A stretch of DNA of 64,000 bases from Macrostomum lignano (taxonomy: Eukaryota): assembly GCA_002269645.1 (NCBI GenBank), contig NIVC01003014.1:1-64000 (forward strand). The letters run 5' to 3'. Below, piece by piece: positions 38,536 through 49,132 of the stretch (the stretch's first letter is position 1; each line of letters starts with the position of its first letter). The notes beneath the pieces were generated by a model. It was not told the DNA's origin and searched no databases. It saw nothing but the letters and a program-made list of their open reading frames with translations. A program made the position numbers and the translations under genes.

Positions 38536-41500
38536 ATGCATGCAGCCGATCACATGGTAGACAACTGCAAGCACGTCAGTCGAATTAAAGGCTGCGTGGA
38601 TTTGGGCCTATTGCAGCCAGAAAGGTGGAATTGTGCCGTGTGCTCAACTACAGAATCAGTTTGGGCCTGTCTGCACTGCCCCAATATTGCCTGCGGTCGC
38701 TATAATGAAGAGCACGCTTTGAAGCATCACCGGGATACTAAACATCCCTTGTCTATTGAGGTTAATGAGAAGTTCGTCTTCTGGTGAGTGCGATTCACTA
38801 ATTTGGCTATTATTGAATCTACCAACTCTACCATTGAATCTACCATCTCTACCATTGAATCTACCAACTCTACCATTGAATCTACCAACTCTACCATTAA
38901 ATCTACCAACTCTACCATTGAATCTACCAACTCTACCATTAAATCTACCAACTCTACCATTGAATCTACCAACTCTACCATTAAATCTACCATCAGTACC
39001 ATTGAATCTACCAACTTTACAGTTGAATCTACCAACTCTACCATTAAATCTACTAACTCTACCATTGAATCTACCAACTCTACCATTAAATCTACCAACT
39101 CTACCATTGAATCTACCAACTCTACCATTAAATCTACCATCAGTACCATTGAATCTACCAACTTTACAGTTGAATCTACCAACTCTACCATTAAATCTAC
39201 TAACTCTACCATTGAATCTACCAACTCTACCATTAAATCTACCAACTCTACCATTGAATCTACCAACTCTACCATTAAATCTACCATCAGTACCATTGAA
39301 TCTACCAACTTTACAGTTGAATCTACCAAATCTACCATTAAATCTACTAACTCTACCATTGAATCTACCAAATCTACCATTGAATCTACCAAATCTACCA
39401 TTGAATCTACCAACTCTACCATTGAATCTACCAACTGTACCATTGAAGCTACCGAATCTGCCTATTGAATCTACCAAATCTGTCATTGAATCTACTAAAT
39501 CTGTCATTGAATCTACCAAATCTGCCATTGAATCTACTAGATCTGCCATTGAATCTACCAAATCTGTCATTGAATCTACCAACTCTACCATTGAATCTGC
39601 CGCATATACTACTCTTTCCCAACAATTTTAGCTACGTCTGCGACGACTACATTCTCAACGACAACGCAGCTGGCGATATAAAAATCTTACGCATGGCGTT
39701 AGACGCAGTCGCAGCACAGAATTTATCTATACTGACTAATTGCAGTTTGCGCTCCCGGCTGCTCAGATCTCAGGCCGCCAATCCTAAGCAGTGAGTCGAT
39801 TTAATACGCTCTATATTCTGTTTTAAGTTTTCTTATGCCCCTATGTTCTTGTGACATTCAATCAGGCCTATAGTATGAAAAAAATCGACCCTACACTTCT
39901 CATACCTCAGAATCGCCCATATGATTCTCATATCTGAGAATCGCCTCTACAGTTCTAATGCGTTAGAATCGCCCCAATAATTCTCATGCGTGAGAATCGC
40001 CTCTACAATTTTCATGCTTTAGACTCGTCCCAATAATTCTCATGCGTGAGAATCGCCTCTACAATTTTCCTGCTTTAGACTCGTCCCAATAATTCTCATA
40101 CCTGAGAATTGCCCCTACAATTCTCATACGTGAGAATCGTCCCTATAATTCTCATGCGTGAGAATCGCCCCTACAATTCTCATGCGTGAGAATCGCCCTT
40201 ACAATTCTCATATCGAAGAATCGCCCCTACAATTCTCATGCGTGAGAATCGCCCTTACAATTCTCATATCGAAGAATCGCCCCTACAATTCTCATGCGTG
40301 AGAATCGCCCCTACAATTCTCATACCGAAGAATCGTCCCTATGATTCTCATGCGTGAGAATCGCCCCGATAATTCCCCTATTGCGCCATTGTGCGCAAGA
40401 CCTAGTGACTTATTTCTATTTTTAGAACTGACGTCACTCCCCGCCTTAGAGAAGGCAGGGGTTCGGAGACACGTGATTCCCTTGTAAACACGGGCCAGCG
40501 AGTGCTGTAAATATGTTTACTGCACTTTTGGGCTCCAAAAAAGCAAGGCCACCGACCGTGACCTCAAAAATGAAGCGAAGCGAACCAAAGAGCAGACCAG
40601 CAGCAGAGATGCCCTTGGCTGCAAACAAGAGCACAGAGGAAACGCGGAGACAGCAACCGAGGGCGAGGGAAACTGCTGACAGTAGGGCGACGCCTAACAC
40701 TAAACTAGCGGCTGACTACAGATAGTATATATAAACAATTAAATAGGACAAACCACTGTCATCTTGAAGCTTGAAGCGTGCAAATATTTCTATTGTCCCT
40801 GTGTTGTGCGTTCTATTTTTAGATTATGCTTTTTATGTAGCCTTAGCAACAAAAAGACACATTATAAAGTAAGTAAAAAAGTAATTATTTATAGTGTACT
40901 TAGTGTACTTTAGCTGCTGTTTCTATTTTTATATTTGCATCAATGTACAAATATGAATTCGTCATAAGATTGCGACATACTGTATATCATAACTTGGATT
41001 GAAAATGATTATAAGACATGGCAGAGCGTTTAGCAATAAAGAGGTTTGTTCTTCTCAATTATGGAACGATAATTTTCGAATTCATTTTCTAAATATTTTT
41101 TTAAACTGGCACAAACCAAACAGGAAAGCGCAGAACCTGATGCAAGCGGACCTGACCTATACAGCCCTGATGCTGCACAGGCGCTCTCGTCTATCCTGGT
41201 CTCTCAGACTCTGGCACAGCGCTATGCTCAGGCGTCGACCAGAAACCGTTGTTAAATTGGCGTCTGCTTTAACTGCCGCTTCTTCTACTAGTAGTAGTAG
41301 TCGTAGCAGTAGCGGCGCAGTTCAGACCGGCAGATTTGGCAGAGCCAGCAGCGCAAACGCCAGAGACCCGGCAAAGACAGAAAAATCGGCCATTTTAATC
41401 CTGCCGGGCACTACCGGCCTGCGCAATCTTGGCAACACCTGCTACATGAATTCGGTTGTGCAGATATTGAGCCACACGGACTCTTTAGCCGCTTATTTTA

Positions 41501-43386
41501 TCGATCATTTAACTCTGAATGGAGACGCGGGCACTGGTCGGGGCTCAGCAGTTGCTAGCCAGACGATTTGTAAATCGCCATCCTGCCCGGCTCATTTGGC
41601 CCGCCAATTTGGCAGCGGCAATGGTAGGAAATCTTTGAGGCGTCTCACTTCGGTAGAGTGCTTAGAATCTGTTGAGCAACAGCAGAGGCAGAAGGCATCG
41701 AAGCAGCAACAAGCGGCATCTTCTAGTAATAGCGGCGGTCTCAGCGGAGGCAGTCATCAGGCTAATAGTGTCAGAAATTCCGAAGCCATCGCCTATGCGG
41801 CTGAAGACGGTCCAACTGGCACGCTGGCTGAGGAGCTGCACGCTCTGTTCCGTGTGCTCTGGTCCGGCCGGCGGGCGGTTGTCTCGCCGCAGGGCCTTCT
41901 CACCTGCGTCTGGCGCCATGTGCCATTCTTTCGCGGCTATAAACAGCAGGATGCTCAAGAGTTCCTGTGCGAATTGTTGGACAGATTGCAGAAAGAGCTT
42001 AGCCAGGCTCAGAACATTGTGTCCAGTACATTCCAAGGCTCTTATTTGTCAACTGTTCGCTGTCTGCAATGCGGCAGATGCTCCCAGACTGAGGACATCT
42101 TCATGGACATATCGTTGGCTTTTCCCGAGAGCTGTCACACAGGTGAGCAGACCGAGTGTCAGCTAGCCGAGCTATTGAAACTATTCGCCAGAGAAACTGA
42201 GATTGAAGATCGAAGCTACCTATGCGAGACTTGCAACAGGTCGCCAATGTCGCAGCGAGCCAAGCGAGTGCCGCAATATTCCAAAGCTAGGCAACAGTTG
42301 CGAATTAAACGCTTGCCAAGGGTGCTCAGGCTGCATCTGAAACGATTCCGTTGGATTGGTAGGGCCCGAGAGAAAATCTGTGCCAGGGTGTGCTTTACTA
42401 GCCAGCTGGATGTGTCCTGCCTGCTGCCCGATGGCGAGTCCGCAGGAGAAGCAGGAGGCGGCAGCAACATCTATCACCTTACAGGTGTGGTTGTGCACCA
42501 CGGCAGAGGCTTTCAGTCTGGCCACTACACGTCATTCTGCTTCAATAAGGCTACTGGTGAGAGGAGCTGTATTTGATGTACGTCTGTAATTCTCAATAGA
42601 GTCGCCCCTTTAAGAATCGCCCCCTTAAGGAATCGCCCCCCCTTAGAAATCGCCCCCTTAGAAATCGCCCCCCTAAGCAATCGCCCCCCCCCCTGAGGAA
42701 TCGCCCCCCCCCCCTAAGGAATCGCCCCCTTAAGAATCGCCTCCCTAAGGAATCGCCCCCTTAAGAATCGCCTCCCTAAGGAATCGCCCCCCTTAGAAAT
42801 CGCCCCCCTAAGCAATCGCCCCCCCCCTGGGGAATCGCCCCCCCTAAGGAATCGCCCCCTTAAGAATCGCCTCCCTAAGGAATCGCCCCTTAAGACTCGC
42901 CCCCTTCGAAATCGCCCTCTAAGGAATCGCCCCCTTAAGGAATCGCCCCCTTTAGAATCGCCACTCCTTAGAATGATCATCGGCTACCTTAGCAAGTTCC
43001 AAGTTCACCTGCCAAGAATTGCCCAGCATCTCCCAAAACCCCTGCCTGTCGCTCCAACACCCGAAGGCTCTTGGCTTCACTGCAACGACGCGTTCGTCCA
43101 GCCGAGCAACCTTGACGAAGTACTGGCGTCACAGGCTTACATTCTGTTTTATACTCAAGATGAACAGCATGACCTGCCGTCGACTCCAGCATCCACTAGT
43201 AGCGGAGCCTCATCAAGCGTCGATCGACCACCTAAGCGAGCGTCGACGGCAGCGAGGCCGGCATCGCCGCCTCATGCAGTCGCTACCCTGAACAGCGGCA
43301 GCAACGGTCCCAAGATTACAACGCTGACTGTTAAACGGAGGCGAACTGGCAGTTCAACTGGCGGTTCTTCTATTGGTCGATCTTAA
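38536..43386 (+). CDS. USP44: USP44/USP49-like deubiquitinase, zf-UBP + USP catalytic domain (719 aa); exons 38536-38783, 39632-39790, 41124-42556, 43067-43386
   Basis: CKHV..W.C.VCSTTESVWACLHC..ACGRY.EEHALKH..VFC|YVCDDYILND; GLRNLGNTCYMNS; QQDAQEFL; VVHHGRGFQSGHY; WLHCND; exons sum to 2160 nt in frame. USP44 versus USP49 cannot be separated. Confidence 0.92.
38809..39598. repeat. 21-bp minisatellite in USP intron 1 (ATTGAATCTACCAACTCTACC)
   Basis: Direct reading; shows higher-order structure. Confidence 0.95.
39885..40372. repeat. 28-bp minisatellite in USP intron 2 (GAGAATCGCCCCTACAATTCTCATGCGT)
   Basis: Direct reading. Confidence 0.9.
42596..42972. repeat. ~17-21-bp minisatellite in USP intron 3 (AGGAATCGCCCCCTTA)
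   Basis: Direct reading. Confidence 0.9.
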
Positions 43387-43653
43387 TCAAATCAATTATA
43401 CAATTGATTGGCTTTTATTTATTCAGCAACTCTTTAATATTCATATATCTGTGTCTGTTCAAAAATAGAATATAACACCGCGCCGATGCCAGTTTCTCCT
43501 TTTTTCAAATGCTTCTTTTGCTACTATTTTGTGCATGAAAATCTTGAATAAATTTGTATCTAAATTTATATTTGGGAAGGTTTCGCCATAGATACTTGCT
43601 GTGTCTCAGAGTTGAAGCCTAAGAGAAGTCAAACTATTGAAGACTGTCTTGTC

Positions 43654-43788
43654 ATTGTCTATGGCGCAAATGTGTGTCTGTAGAGCAACTTATACTTATA
43701 AGTTAAGGTTTTGCCTTGTGTTCTTTGTTTGTTTTCATTGGATTTAAAATTGTGCGCTCAAATTCCCCAATCTGGGCCATAGACAATT
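43654..43788. mobile_element. Small inverted-repeat element (possible MITE)
   Basis: TTGTCTATGGCGCAAAT ... ATCTGGGCCATAGACAA inverted ends; no clear TSD. Confidence 0.35.
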
Positions 43789-43868
43789 CAAAGCAAATCT
43801 TCAATAGCCTGATTCTTTTATTGCATTTTGTCAGCCCAAGTTGATAATTAAAATAGATGTTTAAGCGT

Positions 43869-43869
<1 letters not shown>

Positions 43870-43895
<26 letters not shown>
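43870..43895. repeat. (GA)n microsatellite
   Basis: Direct reading. Confidence 0.9.
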
Positions 43896-43899
<4 letters not shown>

Positions 43900-44736
43900 T
43901 ACTGCTGGTTCCCTTTGTGTGCAGATGTCTATGGCCAAATCATCAACTTACTTTGCCTTTTTGACTGACGAACTTGGCTGGCAAAAGCACTACAGAGGAT
44001 TAATTTAGATATGGAATTAGTGGAATAGATTAACTATTATTAACTATAGTGGTATATCATATCTTGCTAAAAATTTGACTGATTAAACTTTGCTGATGCT
44101 TTGCTCTTTCCCCCTAATCCTCTCGATCGTCTGCACAGTGTAATATCCATGTAAATATTCGAATACATCTACATGCAGTGCTGTTTGAGTATTGAGTGAA
44201 CTGTAGTGACCCATCTGTGCATAATTCTATATTTTCATCCTATTTTTGCTTGTTGCCCCACCCACCAAAACTGTCCCATTATATAATTTGTTTGTTTTTT
44301 TGTTTTCATTTTGTATAAATGGGATTTTATTTTCATATTGATTGGGTCTGTCGATTCTATATTTTTGTGTCTCTGAATGCTCTCTTTTTTCTGTTTGTTT
44401 TATTATCCATTCTTTAAATTGATCTTTTTGGTGAGAAAATATAATGCCGTGTGGGTCTTCGCATTGACTTTCAAATGTTCTTTCTCCCATTTTTATATAC
44501 ACCAGTTTTCTCTGTCTTGCTGCAGCGCACATGCATGCTTTGTTAATAAATTTAAATATGAATGTTCCAAAATTGCACACTGACCGCTTCTCCCTCTGTG
44601 CAGACCCGTGTTTTCTTGGTTATTTGAAAACCTGCTAAAGATTTTCTGGTAGCCGCTTGTTCCTCCGAGCTTCAATTGGTCTGCTGATCTTAGTTCGGGA
44701 TTTTCTGTCCTCTCTGCCAATTACTGTAGCTGTTTG

Positions 44737-44871
44737 CCTGTGTCTGTCTGTCTGCCTGTCTGTCTGTCTGTTTGTCTGTCTGTCCGTCTGCCTGTCTGTC
44801 TGACTGTTTGTCTGTCTATCTTTCTGTCTGTCTGTTTGTCTGTCTGTCTATCTTAGTGTCTCTCTGTCTGC

Positions 44872-44907
<36 letters not shown>

Positions 44908-44950
44908 TTGTCTTAGTGTCTATCTGTGTCTGTCTTTTTTATTTGTCTGA
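44737..44950. repeat. (TGTC)n microsatellite
   Basis: Direct reading. Confidence 0.9.
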
Positions 44951-45563
44951 CTTTAACTCAATCTCTGTCCCTCCTCATCTCATATCTTAGTTGTCCGGGG
45001 CATTAAAGATGGATTCATCCTGCTTACATGCACAATTTGCTTTCGATATTTATGCATTACAATTAGTTTGTTTGTTGGAAGTGCACCGCCAGCCCACATC
45101 TTGCTAAATTAAGGATAGCTACAAAACAGTTAGCACCTGCATGGCCCCATTTTGATTTAATTCCCGTGTCTACTACTTTACGCAAACATGAAAACCTTTC
45201 CTGGACACTAGCTCTGTTGCCTATTTCTCTGAACCAAATTTTTTTTTGTCAAATAAGTCTTTATTTTGTGCGCAAAAAATCAACTAAATGATGATTAAAA
45301 ATGAAATCATTACTTTATGTCGATGTGTTCATATATAAATAAAACTTCGTTTCGGGCTAACAGGACAGTAATAACTCATTGCTGCTGTTACTCTATGGCC
45401 CGACTGCCGTGAAAGGGAATTGTGAAAGTTATAAAAATGTTCAAGTTATAGTTACTGCTTTTCTTTGTCTTCACTTGATACACTGCGTATAACTATTGCT
45501 TTTGTCAGCCTAACTGAGAATAAAGCCACCCAAAATGAGAATCCTGCCTACGCTGACTGCGAA

Positions 45564-45776
45564 GGGCCTGGCTGCGTGCAGCCTAAGTCTATGGGCCATA
45601 GACAATAAAGGACAAGCAAAGTGATAAAAAGCCATCCAATGTGAGAATCGATTGGTCTATGCGTCGTATTCTTTTATTTTTATACCTTCTGAGCTTCTGA
45701 GCCATATGACTAGCCAATCCTAGCTTATCCTTTATAGTCTATGGCCCATAGACTAAGGCTGCACGCAGCCAGGCCC
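45564..45776. mobile_element. 213-bp MITE with ~55-bp TIRs (GGGCCTGGCTGCGTGCAGCC...)
   Basis: Ends are reverse complements by eye; each TIR holds the near-palindrome GTCTATGG(G)CCATAGAC; flanks are AA on both sides. Confidence 0.8.
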
Positions 45777-45778
45777 AA

Positions 45779-46005
45779 GTGACGCAGATGCATTATAAAC
45801 TCAACTCAGTGATTCTACAGCGACTGTAGCACGCCTCAGATACGACTCAACGGCCCATGCAGAGCTATTATAGAAATGCCTCAGAGTAAAACGCCTCAAA
45901 TTGACTCTTAGGCGACTCTGACGACTTGTATCGTGAAATCTCGTCGTTTTAGAGCCGTCTTGAGTCACCTCTCCTATTTGACCTGTGTTACCTGCAACGA
46001 CTCTG
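45779..46005. repeat. Dispersed GACTC-rich repeat, homologous to 20640-20870 (inverted)
   Basis: By-eye alignment. Confidence 0.75.
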
Positions 46006-46611
46006 ATAACTACTCTGTTGCGATGAAGTGACTTCGGGACCCTTCTTGGGGCTTTGTACCATTTTATCGGGCTCTGTAGTGTACGTACGACTCGGCGCAG
46101 ATGATGCCGCCTTCCGACTGCAGGACTGTCCTCGAAGAATGAAAAACGGTTTTCATAGATCTTTGCTGATGTCGGGAACGAGACCGCCAAAGGTAGACAA
46201 ACTGCATTGGCATGGCAATAAGCCCAAACGGGTTGCTTCCACAAACGCGAAATTTCACAACCGCTAAATCGCCTACTTTCATTTCACCCATAGAATGTGT
46301 TAAAATGGAAAATTAGTCATTTTGTTTCATAAAATGTGTTGTTAACGGCTTCTGTTTTATTTAAACATAATTTTTTTAGTAGTCTTAATTTCTTCAAGAA
46401 AAAAAATGTACCGGGCTGCGTTTGTAAGTAATAATATAACGGATTTAGTTGCACAAATACAATCGTAACGAAACAGCGCAATCATTTTTTGAACGTTGAA
46501 ATCTATAAAGTGGCTTTGGTTTGGTTTGTAAAAAAATCTACCTTTTTTGTTGGGAATAAGCAAACAAGTCGTTAATTTTAAGTGACAATTTTCAAGCTAA
46601 GCTGGGCCTAC

Positions 46612-46726
46612 AGCGGCACAAGTTCAGTACGGCACAAGTTCAGTACGGCACAAGTTCAGTACGGCACAAGTTCAGTAGTACGGCACAAGTTCAGTACGGC
46701 ACAAGTTCAGTACGGCACAAGTTCAG
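46612..46726. repeat. 16-bp minisatellite (CGGCACAAGTTCAGTA) starting at the lectin-1 stop codon
   Basis: About 7 copies. Confidence 0.9.
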
Positions 46727-47833
46727 TCGAACGGCGACAGGCACTCGCACAGCATGCCACGAGTAGAGAGATGACATCGGGAGCGAAGTCCCCGATTCCG
46801 GTGCCCCACATGCCGGCAAAGTTCTCAATATGGGGCATGTTGTCTCCAGGCTGACCGGCAGTCCACAGGGAGGCATTGATGGCGATGCCGCAGGGCTGCC
46901 AGCTCCAGCCTCCGGCCGGTTCCACACTGCCAGGCGCCTGAACTCCGCCAAGGAGCATGTCTCCTATGCCGGCCATGTACGTGTTGTACAGCTGCAGCAT
47001 GTGCAGCTTCTCAGCCTCACTGGTCACGTCCGACATCATCGCCAGGCCGCCATCCGTCTCGCATTTCTCTTTTCCTTGGTTCCAAGTCATGTAGGCTGGG
47101 GAGACAACGTTGTGCACCTTGTACTTCACTCCGCACAGGTCGTCTCCGTAGCCAGATGGACACAGCGCGCCCGCCTCGAGTCCCGGCTGCTGCTTCACAA
47201 ACACCCGGCCTCTCCTGGAGCAGCCGCAGTCCCTCACCGAATTGCTGCACCTGTCGAACACGAACAGCTGGCACGGACCGTCAGCCAGGCTGAAGGCCTG
47301 ACAGCGAGCGTTGTCATCACAAGCCAAGGCGCATCCGGTAGTGGGATTTCGAGTCACCAAGTTAGGAACCGTCTCCGTGAAGTCGGCCGTGATGCACAAG
47401 TAGCCGGTGATCAGGCTGTAGGTTTCCAGCGTTGCGCCTGAAAATCGATGGTAGTAAATTTTGAAATTCGGTCGCCGATGCCAATTCTGCACATTCCGCT
47501 GACCGCTGAGCATGTACATGTGCGCCAATATTGTAACGTACGGCACACACTCATGCACACACTCTCACAGGATGTACAGCGGGCCCTGACCGTCTAATCG
47601 TCAGACATGTACACTCCCTGTGCCTTGGAGTTCGGCATTCATGGCTGTGAATCGCACGGCAACCCCAAGTCGCAGCGCAAGAGTCAGACGCTGAGCTGCT
47701 CTGCCCCTGATACTCGTAGGCTAGATCGAGTTTTTTAATAATACCAGTATTTATGGTTCTTAAGGACCCTACCTGGAATCCGCAGAGCCAGAACGATAAT
47801 CGATAGCTTAGCCTGCACTTCGACTTTGGTCAT
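46723..47833 (-). CDS. Secreted PAN/apple-like + C-type-lectin-like protein, copy 1; exons 47833-47773 and 47437-46723; apparent frameshift at ~46765-46771
   Basis: Exon 1 MTKVEVQAKLSIIVLALRIP G|gtagg joins ttttcag|GC; GCALAC..CQAF..C (PAN-like); TWNQGKEKC..LLGG..WSW..WTAGQPGD. The conserved LCEC end is reached only after correcting a 2-nt CT gain. Confidence 0.75.
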
Positions 47834-48058
47834 TGTGCTTGTGTTTGATCAGAGCAAGATAGTTTTGAATTTTTTTGCAAACGGATTGTTTTACTCGTAG
47901 CTGCTTTGCGCACCTGCTTTTATAATAATTTTTCCATTGGCAAGCCACCTCCTTTGTTGCCATAACAGACGTGTGTTGTACAGCCAGTATTAAGAAAAAA
48001 TTGAGTAGCTGTACATCTATCCGACCTGCATTGACGTACGATGCAGCGTGAAGCTGGC

Positions 48059-48887
48059 TGTCACGTTATTGGCGTAGCGGCCAGCTATGCGGTGACCCTT
48101 AAAAGGGCCGTTTTAGTCCCGAAATAAGTTGAAGTCAATTCTTGTAAAGCGGATTTTGTAGCGGAGCACTTGGCGATAAAGGCAGGAACTGCCGTAGTTG
48201 TCTTTATTGTTAATATCAGTATTAAGTTTGGTTGTTACTGGCAATAAACAGACTATAGCTTTCTGGGCACTGGCGGCTGCAGCAATGGGTTGAATATAAT
48301 TTGGATATGAAGTCAAGTGGCAGGCGAATGACACAATGGCGACGTGACGTGAGCAGTGGCTATGAGCACCGTGAAGGCAGTGAAACGTAGTGGTGAGTAG
48401 GCGTCGGTCGTGGCGTGAAACAGTCAAGTAAGTGTGTGAGCAGGCTGGCCCAGACAGAAGGGCCGTGGTGAGAAATAAGGAGGCTCGAGGCAGCCAGACA
48501 AACAGATAAGACAGCTAAGAGGCCGCAGGGAAGGAAACAAGGGACAAGCGGGGAGAGACGAAAAAGGGGGTAGGGGTGCCCGCCGCCAGGCGGGGGGTTT
48601 AATAAAAGAGCGCAGAGGGGGGTAGCGCGAGCACGAGTGATTTCATTGGCTGGCGAGAGAACTTAAAATTATCGATCGTGCCAATTTTATACGGTCGCGA
48701 GAGAGGATAGCAAAATATACAGTGAATTAGAAATTGCCACAAAATCGTTGGGCACTACTACAAGTAAACGTCGCAATAAACGAATGGAAAAGTTTAGTTG
48801 AAACGGTGAAACTGAAGGGTTGAATGACTATGGAGAACAGCAGTCCAACGGCCCTTTTCGGGACCACCTTAAACTGACAACGTCACA
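48059..48887 (-). repeat. 3' LTR (829 bp)
   Basis: TGTCACGTT...AACGTCACA; differs from the 5' LTR only by small indels seen by eye. Confidence 0.97.
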
Positions 48888-48901
48888 CCCGCCTCCCTTC
48901 C
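48888..48901 (-). other. Polypurine tract GGAAGGGAGGCGGG
   Basis: Directly abuts the 3' LTR on the minus strand. Confidence 0.85.
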
Positions 48902-49132
48902 GAAAAAGGATAGGGTCGCGCAAAAAGAAAACCAACACGCGGGGTGACGGCAAGAAAAACACAACGTGACCGCAGTTTATGAAATTATAGCAGAGTGAAT
49001 TACAGTGGGGCTGAGTCAGTTTGTATGAGCATATGATTACCGGACAAAATTACAAAGTTCCAAAGGCTACAGACTATTACGAGAGCAGAACATTACAGGG
49101 CAGTAGAACACGGTGAGCACGAGCAATACAAC

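Noticed and set aside
38656-39631. Long ORFs in four frames (IESTNST, LPTLPLN and similar)
   Set aside because: Products of a stop-poor 21-bp minisatellite inside USP intron 1.
48113-48427. Identical ORF in both LTRs (also 57624-58028)
   Set aside because: LTR sequence with a non-ATG start and no protein features.
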